Shown here piece after piece: positions 37,861 to 50,573 of a stretch of DNA of 64,000 nucleotides; positions within the stretch are counted from its first letter, which is position 1; every line of letters begins with the position of its first letter. Origin of the DNA: Octopus sinensis (lineage: Eukaryota). A program made the position numbers and the translations under genes. Location of the stretch: the NCBI RefSeq assembly GCF_006345805.1, contig NC_043003.1:61876001-61940000 (forward strand), in the 5' to 3' direction. The notes beneath the pieces are model-generated. The model had not been told where the DNA came from. It saw only the letters and a list, made by a program, of their open reading frames with translations, and made no database searches.

Positions 37861-39513
37861 TCTTTCAGATGGTGTTGATTACGATTACGTCGGGATTTAA
37901 TGTGAAGTAAAGAAAAGAAAATGGTGGGCGCGCACACATACATACTGATGCATAATCACATAATTTTTTTCAAAATCTCAAGTTCCATTTTGTAGATAGA
38001 ATGATGTGATGCGTGTCAGTATGTATGTGTGTGTGCCTTCCATTTTTTCCCGTTTTACATTAGATTCCAATATAATCGTAATCTACACTGAGAGATATGC
38101 TTTTTTTTCTCTTTTTTTTTAGAAAATTTCATTAAAAAATACCAATTTCTGAAAGTAATGAAGGAAGCAGATTCGGTGGGAAGAAGACACTTGCGTAGGT
38201 GTACCCATTAAGCTATACAAACACTGGGCTACAAATAACAGCCAATTCTCCCTAAAATCTCACTCTGCAGCCTTAAAAAAGAGGAATACGTTAGCAGTAC
38301 ATGGTGTGTAGGGAAAAAAAAAAAAAAACCCAAAATTTTAGATTGAATGGTTTTCCTCAATGGTCTTAGAACGCAGAGGTGGTACTCCCATTAATTATAT
38401 AATTCAACACTTTCTTCTCCTTTAGAAATGAATATGCAGCGTCAGAACTCTGAATGTATGGCAAAATATCATAAAAACATTTTGAATAACAATAAATCGA
38501 ATTATAGCTAAATGAATAATATTTTATTTCACTTTCAAAATTGTTTTATTTTCACTTAATGACGAGCGCAAGTCCTCTCTTCTTCATGAAGTACCAAGGC
38601 AGCGAGTTGCCTTTACGTTCTGTGTTCAAATTCCACCGAGGCGACTTTGCTTTTCATCCTTTCGAGGTCGATAAAATAAATGTAATCGATTTATTCCTTC
38701 CTCGAAATTACTGGCCTTGTGCCAAAATTTGAAACTAATCTAGAGGGGCTTCTGCACGGTCACTCAGATTGCTGGAAATAATTAATAACTTAATTTTCTT
38801 AAATTACATAGTGAATAAAAGGGTAAGATAGGACCACAGAATTTAGTGTAGACCTAGATATACAAAAAGACGGAATGATCGTGGATGGAACGTCTTTTCT
38901 ATAATCCCTGTCCCATGTATAATAACAAGTACTGAACGTAATCTCCGAGGGTTCCTCTGTGTTGTCGATCGAGCCATTAAAAATAGCAGCTAGACAGACG
39001 CAGAATTCACTTTTCGTTTGACATCTAAAAATTTCATTTTGTTATTTCCCTCTTTGCATTTTTTAAAATGCAAATTACAAGCCTTATCAGGGAATACTAT
39101 AACAAAAATAATTTGAATCGTGAAAAGTACGACGGAGGTGATGGGTTACGAAAAATTTTCTCCAAAAATGCGATTCAAAATGTGGAATATTACAACATGT
39201 CAAAGGATAACGAAAATGGAGGAAAAAATGATAGCTGTTGTTTGGAAGGAAGGATGACATGGAAGAAGCGAGATGGACTTTTTAAAAAAAAGTCTGCTCT
39301 CAAATGTTTTGAAAAGTGGGATTCTATAAAATGAGAGGAAAAAAAAGCTTCCGATTTATGTGTGACAGCTATTCCGAAAATCCGTCCAATCGCCATATAA
39401 TTGTCGCTCAACCTGTCTGTCAAATAATAGGCGCGGAACTGGCAGTCATTTGAGTGCAAGGCTTATGGTTTTGAGTTCAAATCTCATTGAGAATTACCTT
39501 TTATCTTTTTTAG

Positions 39514-39571
39514 ACTCAATAAAATAAAGGATGGTCCTTGTGAAAGTGAAATACATACACCATATGAATAA
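39514..39571 (+). CDS. Candidate second coding exon ((R)LNKIKDGPCESEIHTPYE*)
   Basis: Strong acceptor cttttatcttttttag; the only open frame is phase 2, matching the exon at 37281. Confidence 0.35.
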
Positions 39572-41904
39572 GGTACGGGAATCCTTTATCGAGAAGTGGG
39601 CCGCAATGAGACGAAGCTCATCAACCGGGTCGCACAAATAAAAAAGTTCAAGGTTTTTCAATGGCATACATTGCAAAAAAGTCCTGCGTACCGTAGTTTG
39701 CCCGTAACTTATAAATATACTACAAAGCCGTAATTGTTTTGTACGGTTTTACTTTTCTCGAACGGTATAGTGGAATTTAAAGTAGGTTGTTTCTAATATA
39801 GCACAAAAAACCCTAAGAAAAGAAATGAACAAAAAATGGAACAATAAATGTCACATAAAATTCAAAGTTAGTTCGCATTATTTTACATGGTGTTTCATGA
39901 AAAGAATGAAAGCAAATATGCCATTTGACAAGTAAAAAATACTGCTTTCTGATTTAGGCAAAAAGACATTTTGTGGAGCGTGGTAACTGACAATTATCAA
40001 CATCAGTACCTGACTGATACTTTATCTACTCTGAAAGTCAGAGTTGATATCAACAGTCTTTGAACTCAGAATGTAAAGGGTCTGAATAAATTTCGCAGAG
40101 TGGAAGTTGTGAATTAGAAGAATGGCGAACCTTCGGTGTAAGTACCGGAAGTACTGGATACATTTCAAAAAAGTGTTTTTTTTATATATGGGGGCGGGGG
40201 CTGTTTAGGGTTTGGGTTAGGCATGGGAGAAAAGGGTTTCTGTTATCTTCAGAAATGTAAACAAAGTCACTCGTGTACATATACCGAAGCATCGCCAAGG
40301 GCAATCTTTCGGTATTGGTACGCAACGTCATTTATCCACACAACCTTCCTTCATGATATAAAGAGGCTAGTCTCGTCTCCTGATACCGACTCTATAGACC
40401 ATTGTCGAAGGATCACCATGGAGAAATACCGCAAGATATCTCCTTTCAACGTTCAAACGATTTAACACCACCACCCGGTCCTTAGATATTTCCAAGTATT
40501 TCTTCCGACGCTCTGCAACCTCGCCGCTTTTTTGTGCCAGAATTAAGATACACGATGCTCGAATATTTGTGATATACTCATTTTAGGCGCTGACCTGGCC
40601 TAAAAGCAACGACTATTCATTATTAAGCTAAATAAAGAACTTGAAAGTTGCTTAAATGAAATAATTTCTCATTACTCTAGGGACAAGTAAAACACACTAG
40701 TTAGATTTTTGAATAAGGAAAAGGTTAAAAAATATTTTTGTGGCATTAAATCACCTTTTGAAGTTTACATTTGTTTTTCTTTTGCCACAGTTAAGAATCT
40801 CAGTATGTTTTCATATATGAAAAAGGAGTATATTAAAAGGAATGCAAAGGCTGTTTGTATTGTGAACCTCAACACGTTACTTTATTGTTCTTTTCTTTTT
40901 ATTTTTCTCCAAATAACTATTAGTTCTTACATCTCTTTTAATATTCTTTTTTATGTGACAACCTGCTGAGATTCCTAACACAAACAATCTTTGCATCTTT
41001 TTTTTTTAAGTATGCTTTTTCATATATAAAAAACATGTTGAGGTTCATAACACAAACATTCTTCTCTTCCCTTTTAATGTACGCTCATGAACACAGAAGT
41101 TCTGCCGTGACGAAAAAATAAAAATGAAAACCTAGAGAAGTTGTTACGGAAGCTAAAATATTTTTTTATCCAAGGAAAATCTAGCTTTAAATGTAAAACA
41201 TCACATACATCCCGTACATCATTACATAATCCATTTAAGGTTAACAAGTATAGTGTCGAAAAATTCGCTTCTTTTTTGTACCCCGAAAGCGCTATTCGGC
41301 ATAGTTTGTACAATTATATAATGTTGATGTAACCGCAGTTTAGTCATTCGTATTTTGTGAAAGCAATTACTTGGAGAATTAATTGTATTTCTAGGGAATA
41401 AATATTGTAAATGATGTTTGCATTCTGTTTCATATATACTAATTAGTACTATCTTCTCTATATTCTATTTTTGTGGGTTCTTTTCCTCAGAACATGTTTG
41501 TAATTCTTTTTTTAGTAAATATTTTTCATTCATGTTTGTAAGTTTTTTTCCCCTCCAAATAAATTTGCGTGGTCATCTTTTTATCGTTTATATTTTTGCT
41601 TGCGGTTGTATTTTAAAGTACATAACTCATCCAGTCGTCTCTAATTGTCTTTTTATTAGAGTATTTTATTGATTTGTTTTTGTTCATGTTATTTTTCTTT
41701 CTTTATATATATTTAATTTAAATGTCTGTTGACCATTAGCCAAAAACAAATCGTTGATTTGAGCCAAAGATGAAACGGCTATGCGGTCGCTAGACGATCT
41801 GCTAAAAATAACAGCCACATCTCAAGTCAACTCTGAAGGCTTTACTCGATCGCTCAATCTCCCAGAAATAGCAGCTAATGTACTCCACTGTATTACTACA
41901 CCGT

Positions 41905-44335
41905 TAAATCTTTATTATAGGCACGATGGCCCGAATTAAGAGGGGACATTACAAAACAGGACATGGGGTACATATAATAAAAAAATCGAAAAATATGAAG
42001 TGAAAATGAATTATTTATAATGAATTAAATGGAATGGCTTACGAGCCCCCCCCCTCCCAACTCGCAGTTTCATTTAAAATACAATTCTGCTATACTGGAC
42101 GTTCATCTGTAATGTATTCTATTAACCTCTCCTGGTCTACAATCGCTGGCAAACTGTTGTAACGGATATATTGTATTTCGCAAACAGTCGAAAACACACT
42201 TTTCAATTTCATCAATGTCTCTTTCTCTACGACCGCCGACTTCACTTGGTCATCAAATATTTTTGGGTTCAACCTAACCCTGATTAAACCTTTCTTACCT
42301 GCCAGTCTCTTTTCGATTTCTTTGTCTTTCATATACAATATTACTGCTTTAAGATTTTTTCCTTCGGGTCTTCCTCCTTCCTTACATACTTTTAACTGTT
42401 CTTCCACTCTTCTTTCCCATTCTTGCTCTGCCGTTAAATTTGCCGGTTCTCTCGCTTTCGCATCCTTATCTTCGCACATCTTCCATCTCGTCTGTAGTCT
42501 TATTTTTCGCTTTTTTCTTTTTTTGAACTTTAGGTGGTGATTCCACCCTCGCTCTCTTTCTATCTTCTTTTCCTTCTGTTCTTTCCTTTTCTTTCTCCAA
42601 CTCCACTTTCCACATTTTCTGTGTTCACACATTCTTCATCCGCCATTTGCAATATCTCTGTCCTAGCTTCCAATGTTCTCGTCGGACACACATCTTTCAT
42701 GTGGCCTCTAATTTTACATGTGTAGCACACTGGGAGGGGGGTCTCCCCTCCACCACGACTCTGAGTCGTGTCTCGTCGGGGAACACCAACTCCTCTGGGA
42801 TATTATACAGGTCTGGTGGTTAATATAGGGCGTAACAAATATCAGAAAATCAAAAACAAAATGTGTGTAATAGGTGTAAAACAACTTCCTATGAACGAAT
42901 ATGGAAAAAAAAATTCGCGCACGCGAAAGGGGGGTGGGGGAGAGGCCTCGGAAAATTCACATCGGGAAGTTCCGAAAGCGTCTGAGGAGCTGACCCGGGC
43001 ACCAAAACAAAAAAAAAATAGTGTAATATGTGTAAAACAACTTGCTCTAAACGAATATGACAAAAAAAAAATGCGCTCTCGCGAAAGAGGAGTGGGGGAG
43101 AGGCCTCGGAATATTTATATCGGGAATTTCCGAAAGCGTCTGAACCGGGCACAAAAACAAAAACAAAAACAGCGTAATAGGTGTAAAACAACTTGCTCTA
43201 AACGACTATCATCAAAAAAATGTGCGCTCGCGAAAGGGGGGTGGGGGAGAGGCTTCGGAAATTTCACATCTTCAGTCCACGGCCTTTAAACTAAGAAAAA
43301 ATAGTGTAATTGGTGTAAAACTACTTGTTCTAAACGAGTATCAAGAACACACAAGAACAGTATCAAGAAATTCCCGATATAAATATTCCGAGGCCTCTCC
43401 CCCACCCCTCTTTCGCGAGAGCGCATTTTTTTTTGTCATATTCGTTTAGAGCAAGTTGTTTTACACATATTACACTATTTTTTTTTGTTTTGGTGCCCGG
43501 GTCAGCTCCTCAGACGCTTTCGGAACTTCCCGATGTGAATTTTCCGAGGCCTCTCCCCCACACCCCCTTTCGCGTGCGCGAATTTTTTTTTTCATATTCG
43601 TTCATAGGAAGTTGTTTTACACCTATTACACACATTTTTTTTTTGATTTTCTGATATTTGTTACGCCCTATATTAACCGGTCTGGTATGGTTATATGAAC
43701 CAAAGCCTGCACCGCATAACCCCACAACTGTACATCTTTTGACCTTTCCACCTTCAATATTTCAACGCTTTCTTTGCAGTTGAATACCACTGCCGCTAAG
43801 ATTCCTTCCATGTTCAGCTCCGGCGAAATCTTAATAATTCGCACTCTTACTGCCCCCTTTCCACAACAACTTGGTAATAACATCCATTTTTCTGTTTTCA
43901 GTATTTGCGTGGCACCCTTCTTCGCCTCGTCCTTGTTTTTAAAATGAACGACCACTGTTGCGTACTTTCTACCTCTATTATAGAAGGTAGGTTCTCCCTC
44001 AATTCCATTCAGACAGCACTCAATTTCCTCTATCGGTGCCACTTCTATTCTCTTTGAAGTCACGCTCCACGCTCCGTATGTTATAGTACGCTTCTCTGCC
44101 TCTTTCGCTTCCTCTTCGGATGGTGCGACCTTCACACAGTCACCCTCTTTCTTCAAGCTGTCGAAGCATTTCTTCAAAATCTCCTTCTCGATGATAACTT
44201 CTTCCAACTGCAATTCGCTCGCAGCATACGTTTGGGTTTGCATTTTCGAGAAAAACCTCCAAAAAATCTCCCACGCTGCAACCGCTTTCACCAACGAACT
44301 CGATCTCACAACCGCGACACTACAATAACGCAATC
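41905..44335 (-). mobile_element. Gag/ORF1-only retroelement-like unit with CCHC zinc knuckle, disrupted
   Basis: ORF pieces at 43668-44333, 42660-42819 and 42090-42632. Removing the insert restores ...ITIPD/LYNIPEELVFPDETRLRVVVEGRP, followed after a frameshift by CYTCKIRGHMKDVC. About 170 nt of 3' UTR lead to AATAAA (plus 41911-41916); no endonuclease or RT follows. Confidence 0.75.
42828..43678. mobile_element. Foldback-type non-autonomous DNA transposon, ~300-bp TIRs, 8-bp TSD
   Basis: Ends GGTTAATATAGGGCGTAACAAAT / ATTTGTTACGCCCTATATTAACC; TSD GGTCTGGT at 42820-42827 and 43679-43686; arms 42828-43130 and 43367-43678 are nearly identical. Confidence 0.95.
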
Positions 44336-44342
44336 AAAATTT

Positions 44343-44432
44343 ATAGTTATGGGTGACAATTTCATACGACACCGCTACGGAAAGTTGGATTTTTTTCTAG
44401 CGGTGTCAAATGAAAATGTCACCCATAACTAT
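44343..44432. repeat. 90-bp hairpin (35-bp arms, 32/35 paired)
   Basis: atagttatgggtgacaatttcatacgacaccgcta / tagcggtgtcaaatgaaaatgtcacccataactat. Confidence 0.9.
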
Positions 44433-46199
44433 GGCCCTAGTATCGATCTATTGCATTTCAATCTATTTTAGATTTAGGGTTAGTTAGGAGAAGGGTATCT
44501 TTTTTTCTTCACGAATGTAAATAAACCCAATCTGTTTCTTAAAGGAGGGACATATTCACTATGCACAGAATGTTATTTACTTAAATGGAAGTCAGCGATT
44601 GGTTAAAATTGCCGAAATGCTCGAAATTAAAGACGAAATATGTTACAACATATAGAATTTTCTCAATAAAGCCAAGAGAAAATGATGTTTTATAAACACA
44701 TTCTACCAGTATACGAAGTTTAAAACTTTTTAGTTACCTTGAAATTATGTTACAAAGTGCCGTTCAAAAGGAAAAGATCCTGTAAGTGTTCTTAATGCAT
44801 TTCGTAGATAAGAAGAAAAGTCATTGTTTTATAACTATGTGATTTGAAAACTTTAACCGCTGCTATATTAAATTACAATTCGAGTCTATTTGAATCAAAA
44901 TAGATTTGGTTCATTTGTTTGCATTGATGCAGAAACAAAAATACCTCATTAAGTATAATGATTACACTCAGGTAAAGTCGAACTTGGATAATTTAAGAAA
45001 TTTTATCCGCGGTCCTACTCACGACTGTGATCAGATCTTAAAAATTAATGTTATCTTCTAAATTAGGCAGCTTAATTTTTATACACGGGACCTTGGAAAG
45101 ACTTCCGCCCGATCCCCCCGCCCCCATTTTCTCTGCCTAGCAATTTCTCTCAGAAAATGTTTGCTTATATAGAAAATAGAGGCAAAGGACTTTGTACGTC
45201 CGTAATAAAATTTGTTATAGACCCTATTATGTTGTTTAAAAAAGAAAAAGGAATTTCGAATTGGAGAATGTAGTCTCCGATATACAAGAATGACAGAATT
45301 GCAAAGCTGGAAAATCTGAGCATTGGTATACTCGATTAGAATTTATCTAGAGTTAAATAAAATCGTCATCACGTATTCTAAATGATTATAACGGGCTGCC
45401 GAGGATCACTTTGACGAAGTGCATGGTAATCTGTTGTTTTGACGAAGTTTAGCGCTGATTGAACTGACCTACGATCAAAAGCCTCGAATATGCTGTTGCT
45501 TGTAAATCTCTGACTACTTTTATCCAATGTGTTCTTTCTTGCTGCATTCGGTGATAGTGTGAGCTGAAACCTAGCTCCTTCATTTGTAGCATCATAGATC
45601 GATAGACAGAATATATCACGCTGAAGTCCGTTTTGTCTTTCACACTTCTGAGTCGAGTGCCGTGGTTGAATAAATTGATTAACTCTGTACCAAAAATTGT
45701 GATTCAGAAATCATTGAATAAATGAGCGATTTGATTTTTACGAGCAGTGTGTTTCTTTTCTTTTATTTTCATTTTTTTTTTTTTTTTGCTTTGGTTTAAT
45801 GCTTTTAAATACTTTGATCTAAGTCCACAGCAGAAATTAAATAGCTTTGTTTTATAATCACGACTTAGCTTCTTTTCGTGATACTAACCAGCTTAATTAT
45901 CAATGGCAGTTTTTGTTTTTTTGTTACTGTTGATAGTTACTTAAGTCACTGATTTATTTGATATAATTTGCTTTTCAATTGCATTAAGTCACGATTGTTT
46001 AGTGTGCAAATATCACTCCAAATATTGCTTACCTTTCTCCAAACCTTATTAACTCTTGAATTATTTGGATAGGGTGAGAACTGGTCCATAGTTAAGATTA
46101 TTCATTTCAGTATAACTTATTTGATTAATGGTAAAGTTTGTTTTGCTAACTATACTATTACAATTGTAATATGATTTATATGAAAAGCAATTGATCCTC

Positions 46200-47900
46200 A
46201 ATTCACATCTTTACTTGTCTCTTGCACTCTTTCTGCTACAATGTTGCTATCTTTGAGGTTGACTCATTTGTTGTTCTCAACATTTAACATCAGCCATCAA
46301 CACTTATCGATGACTGATGCTGTGAATACTGCAAACCTGAACTCCTTTTCACCTTTAAACATTGACTATAATCACCCACCATTATCTTTGCACACATTCA
46401 AACTTTTGATTGGTACATTATCAAGGTAACTCATCTCAGGACATACTGTAAAACATTGCATACCCTTCAATCTTTTGTACTTACAAATCACTTAAGCTGG
46501 GCCACTGTCAAGTTAACTTCCCCTAACTGCTAATGTACTTTGTCTCTGACACATCCACATTAGCTGAATGACTGAAACCATCTTCCAAATGGTGCCCTTG
46601 CAGCTATACTGTAATACTAAATATGTTGGACTCCATATACATCACTACCACCAGCTGAGAGGCTTTTAACTATAGCTGTAATGCCTACATGGCAGTTGTC
46701 AGAAAGGCAATACATAGCCTGGAGGTTCTCTAACTTACATAATTGCTGTACTGCTGTCTGATTTACACTAAAGTCTCTACTTACTGAGCAGAATACTTTT
46801 ATATGCCATTCTTCGGACAAAATGCAGTGTGTCCCTTTTAAAGCCATCATATTTGTTGCCTGTTTTGTATCCATCTCCAAACTACACACAATAAACCTCT
46901 ACCAAACTCTGCTTTACTTTGTTTCTTAGTCTCACCATTATGTGCATACAGTTGTCAAGTTGGAAAAATCTATTTTACCTTTGCTACAACAAAGCAAATG
47001 ATCTGATGCAGCTACTTCCAAACAATGTACTCTGGATCTAGCTTCTGTCTTTACAAGAAATTTACCAAAGTCTTTAGAAACATACTTTAGTGTGCACCAT
47101 TCCCAATAACAACAATTTCTCTAACCTTATCAACTATGAACCAGTCATCCTCATTTGAAACATTACAAAAGTGATTAAAACAGTAATAAGCAGCTCTTAT
47201 TTTATGTCTTTCTCTGGTGTAATAGGTATAGTTTCTATAAAGCCAGATATACAGGAATTTTGTTCTATATAATCTCTTACTCTGGGAACTTTGAAAACAA
47301 TGTTACTAAAGATAACATGAAGGAAGCTTTTCATTGTGTTTTGTAAGAGAATCTCTTAGCTATGTTTCCTGCTTTGCTGTCCTCTATTTTTCATCTTTTG
47401 GATTAGAAGTTTCTTGTTATATTGTTGTTTCCTTCCTCTTTTTGACCTCTGAATTTACAGAATGTATACTCCAGTTATCCATGACAATGTACATCTCTTT
47501 TCTGCTTGTCATCTTTACTAAGCACTCTTATGTATTACTATTTAGCTTCTCAAACTTCTGATCAGATAAATTCCAGCCATAATCTTACCAGATTCTATTC
47601 ATACATAATGCACCTAGGCCATCAGTATCCAATCTGCACATTCAACACAATTAAAACACTGTCAGTACAAATATTACAGCTCATAATCTATGATTGCATA
47701 GAAAATACTTCAATATCCAAATAAGGATTTGAACACAGAGCATGAATTGACAATTCCTTTAAAAGACTAGAGGGCATTTTGTCTGATGCCCTGATATTGC
47801 TTTGTTTTCGATAAATTGATATCCAGCAGAAACTGAATTTGAGAGTGGATCTATGAATATTATGTGGATAGATATAAAAAAAATCAAAAAAAAAAATCAA
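46200..47900 (-). mobile_element. Old, heavily degenerate RTE-like LINE
   Basis: Minus-strand remnants NLQAMY and TLHFVRRMAYKSIL align loosely with RAVQAMY and DAIFLVRQLQEKYL of the RTE RT. Confidence 0.5.
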
Positions 47901-49489
47901 ATACTGCAAGTTTTTGATAACAGTTTCAGCTCATGATACCTAAATATTTCTCATTCTTAACACAAGACACTTAAAAATCAATGCCTGGAGAATTTAGAAT
48001 ATAATCAATACAAGAAACCTAAGTTGCAATTATGGAACCATTTTAGCTCTGTAAACAGCACAATTGCCACTTAATAAGCGACCTTTTGTATATTGATGAA
48101 GAATAATTGCTGTAAAATCACACAAGTTAAGTGCAACCACCTTAAAATCGTGTAAAACATCTTTACAATACATAATTTATTCAGATAATGAGTATAGGAG
48201 ATGAAAGCAACTTATTTTAAAAAAATTTTTTAAAGTTTTGTGTCTTACGTGCAAGTTAAAGAAGGAATACATAGTGTAAAAATAAAAATAAGAGCATTTA
48301 AAAGTTTTCCATACTATAAAGAATTTTCTAATGTGTTTAGCAAAATGTTTGTTTACATATTATATTGTTAATGTGCTTATTACTAATACAAGGATTAGAA
48401 TCATTGCACTTAAAATTTTTTGTATGATAAAAAATAACTAATGCACACACATGTAGGTGAATGCACACACTGAGAAATGTGTATACACACACACACTCGT
48501 ACAATATGCTACATTTTGTTATGGTCCTCTAGCTACTATAGTGTATTGCTTTCAGGGTTTTTCGTCAAGTATATCTCCCCCACTACTTATTCAACCAGTT
48601 ATTTTATTGATCACATTTTATTGACTCTCCTTATATTATTCCATATCTGCAGAGAATGTTGGTCTGGTGATAGATTTATGCATGCACTTATTCATACGCA
48701 CACACACACACACACAACAGTATATATCTCCATTTTAAAATATATGCAGTCTTTGTACGTCTTATGAGGAGACTAAAAGGGTTACTACAAGAAGGACGTC
48801 CAGTGTCTCAGAAAATGTGTCCCACCCTTGCCAACACAGTCATGCACATATATGTATTTGTGTGTGAAGAGAGAGGGTGAGGAGGTGACGGAGGGAGGGA
48901 AAAGCAAGAAAGACAGAGCCTAACCTGAGTGTGAAAAATCAACAGATTTCTCTATTATAATGTGAACAATTGATAGACAGGAGCAATATGTTGATTGGAT
49001 AGTTCCATTTCGTTTTGAACAAAGGAATGAAGTGAAAAATATTTCTTTGCACAAAGTGCTACAATTATACAATTAAATTTAAATTTATTCAACATTTCAT
49101 ACTTTCTTCTATATCTACATCTATAAACATGTTACTGTATTATTGTTTCAGAAGTATAGGCTAACAGTAGACAATTTATATTATTTGCAAGTAGTTTATT
49201 CGAGTTATTGTCTATATTCAAATTAGAGAGCAAGGAAAGAAGGGAAAAAGACAAAGGGAAATAGGATAAAATTTACCAAATTCATGTTTTTCATTTGTCA
49301 AGGTCAAGACAATCTTTTAAAGTTCCAATTCAGTTGGAATGGAAAATATTCCATTTACAACTTTTTATATAGTGTCAACCATTACAAAATTTTTTTTTGT
49401 TTATGTATCCTATTGGTGGGTTGAATGATGATTTAATAGCTAGTATAGACCATTTTTTTTTATATATGAATTTATATTGTATAAAATGA

Positions 49490-49710
49490 AATATTGGTTT
49501 CAAATTTTGGCCCAAGGCCAGTAAGTTCAGGGGATGATTTAAGTTGATTACATCAACCCCAGTACTCAACTGGTATTTATTTTATTGACCCTGAAGGGAT
49601 GAAAGACAAAGTTAGCATCAGCAGAATTTGAACTCAGAATGTAAAGACAGACAAAATAGCTTAAGCATTTTGCTTATCATGGTAATGATTCTGCCAGTTT
49701 GCTGCCTTAT
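49490..49710 (-). mobile_element. SINE family A
   Basis: Reverse-complement match to 22730-22950. Confidence 0.8.
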
Positions 49711-50445
49711 ATATAAGATGAAATATTACAATGAATATATTGGATGCTAGTCGATCATCTTTTGGAGCCAGTTTTGCAACATTCTTTTGTAAATGGCATT
49801 GTATCATTAATGAAATCAAAGTGTGTATTATTCATGGACTTTTATGCTAAGAACTGCTGCAGTAATTAGAATGTTAAAAGTAAAATTTTTGGCACCTGTA
49901 CTTGTTTTACATAAAAATAATAAAAGAAAGAAACTCTCCTTATTCGGATTCATTTGCACAATAAAACAATTGAATTGGTGCTATTACACTTTGTTTATAG
50001 GTGTAATGTGCAAATATTGAATTGTAAAATGTATTTATGTTCTACAATAAAAATAAAGCATACAGACTGACATAAAATTTAGAAACAGCCCACTGTCTAG
50101 AAGCAGGTTAGCAAATTAATTATACAGCATCTATAAGCTATGCTAATAATAACTACTATAATAGTAAATACAGAATAAAATTTACTCTTGACACTTTTGT
50201 TGATTAAGATACACTAAATCATTTTTCATAGTGAAAATAATCTATAATTAATACTTAGATCTAATATCAGTGGCACTGATTTCTTTGAGAAACAAAGATA
50301 TAATCAGGTGAACTTATGTTCTAGATGCAGTACCATGGTCAATGCGATTTATCTGAGGTTTGGTTATTGCTGTAATTTATTTCTGGTACTTATTTTATTT
50401 TATTGACTCCAAGGAGATTGATGGCAAATTTCCTTGCTACGTAAG

Positions 50446-50573
50446 TGGAAGACAGAATATATAGAGGTAAAACAAACAATTGGGCAATTTATGCAGTACA
50501 TACTGCTTTTGTCTATTCTCTGCCTTCTGGTCTCTATATTATTGAGATGATGAGAGATGAAATTTCCTTTCAG
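50446..50573 (+). CDS. Candidate internal exon (EDRIYRGKTNNWAIYAVHTAFVYSLPSGLYIIEMMRDEISFQ)
   Basis: 42 open codons ending at the strong donor TTTCAG|gtaaga; the acceptor position is uncertain. Confidence 0.35.

Noticed and set aside
39068-40465. ORFs 39068-39334 and 40223-40465 as stand-alone genes
   Set aside because: No recognisable domain or supporting splice or promoter signals; parts look repeat-derived.
42768-43725. Overlapping ORFs on both strands within the foldback element
   Set aside because: They are mirror translations of the non-coding subrepeats.
43668-44333. 221-aa ORF as an intact host gene
   Set aside because: Its stop lies inside the inserted foldback TIR, and the continuation is frameshifted with a retroelement-type zinc knuckle.
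45110-45130. GC box (ccccgccccc) as a promoter element, also at 40191-40200
   Set aside because: Isolated motifs; similar G/C runs occur in SINE tails, so there is no independent support.
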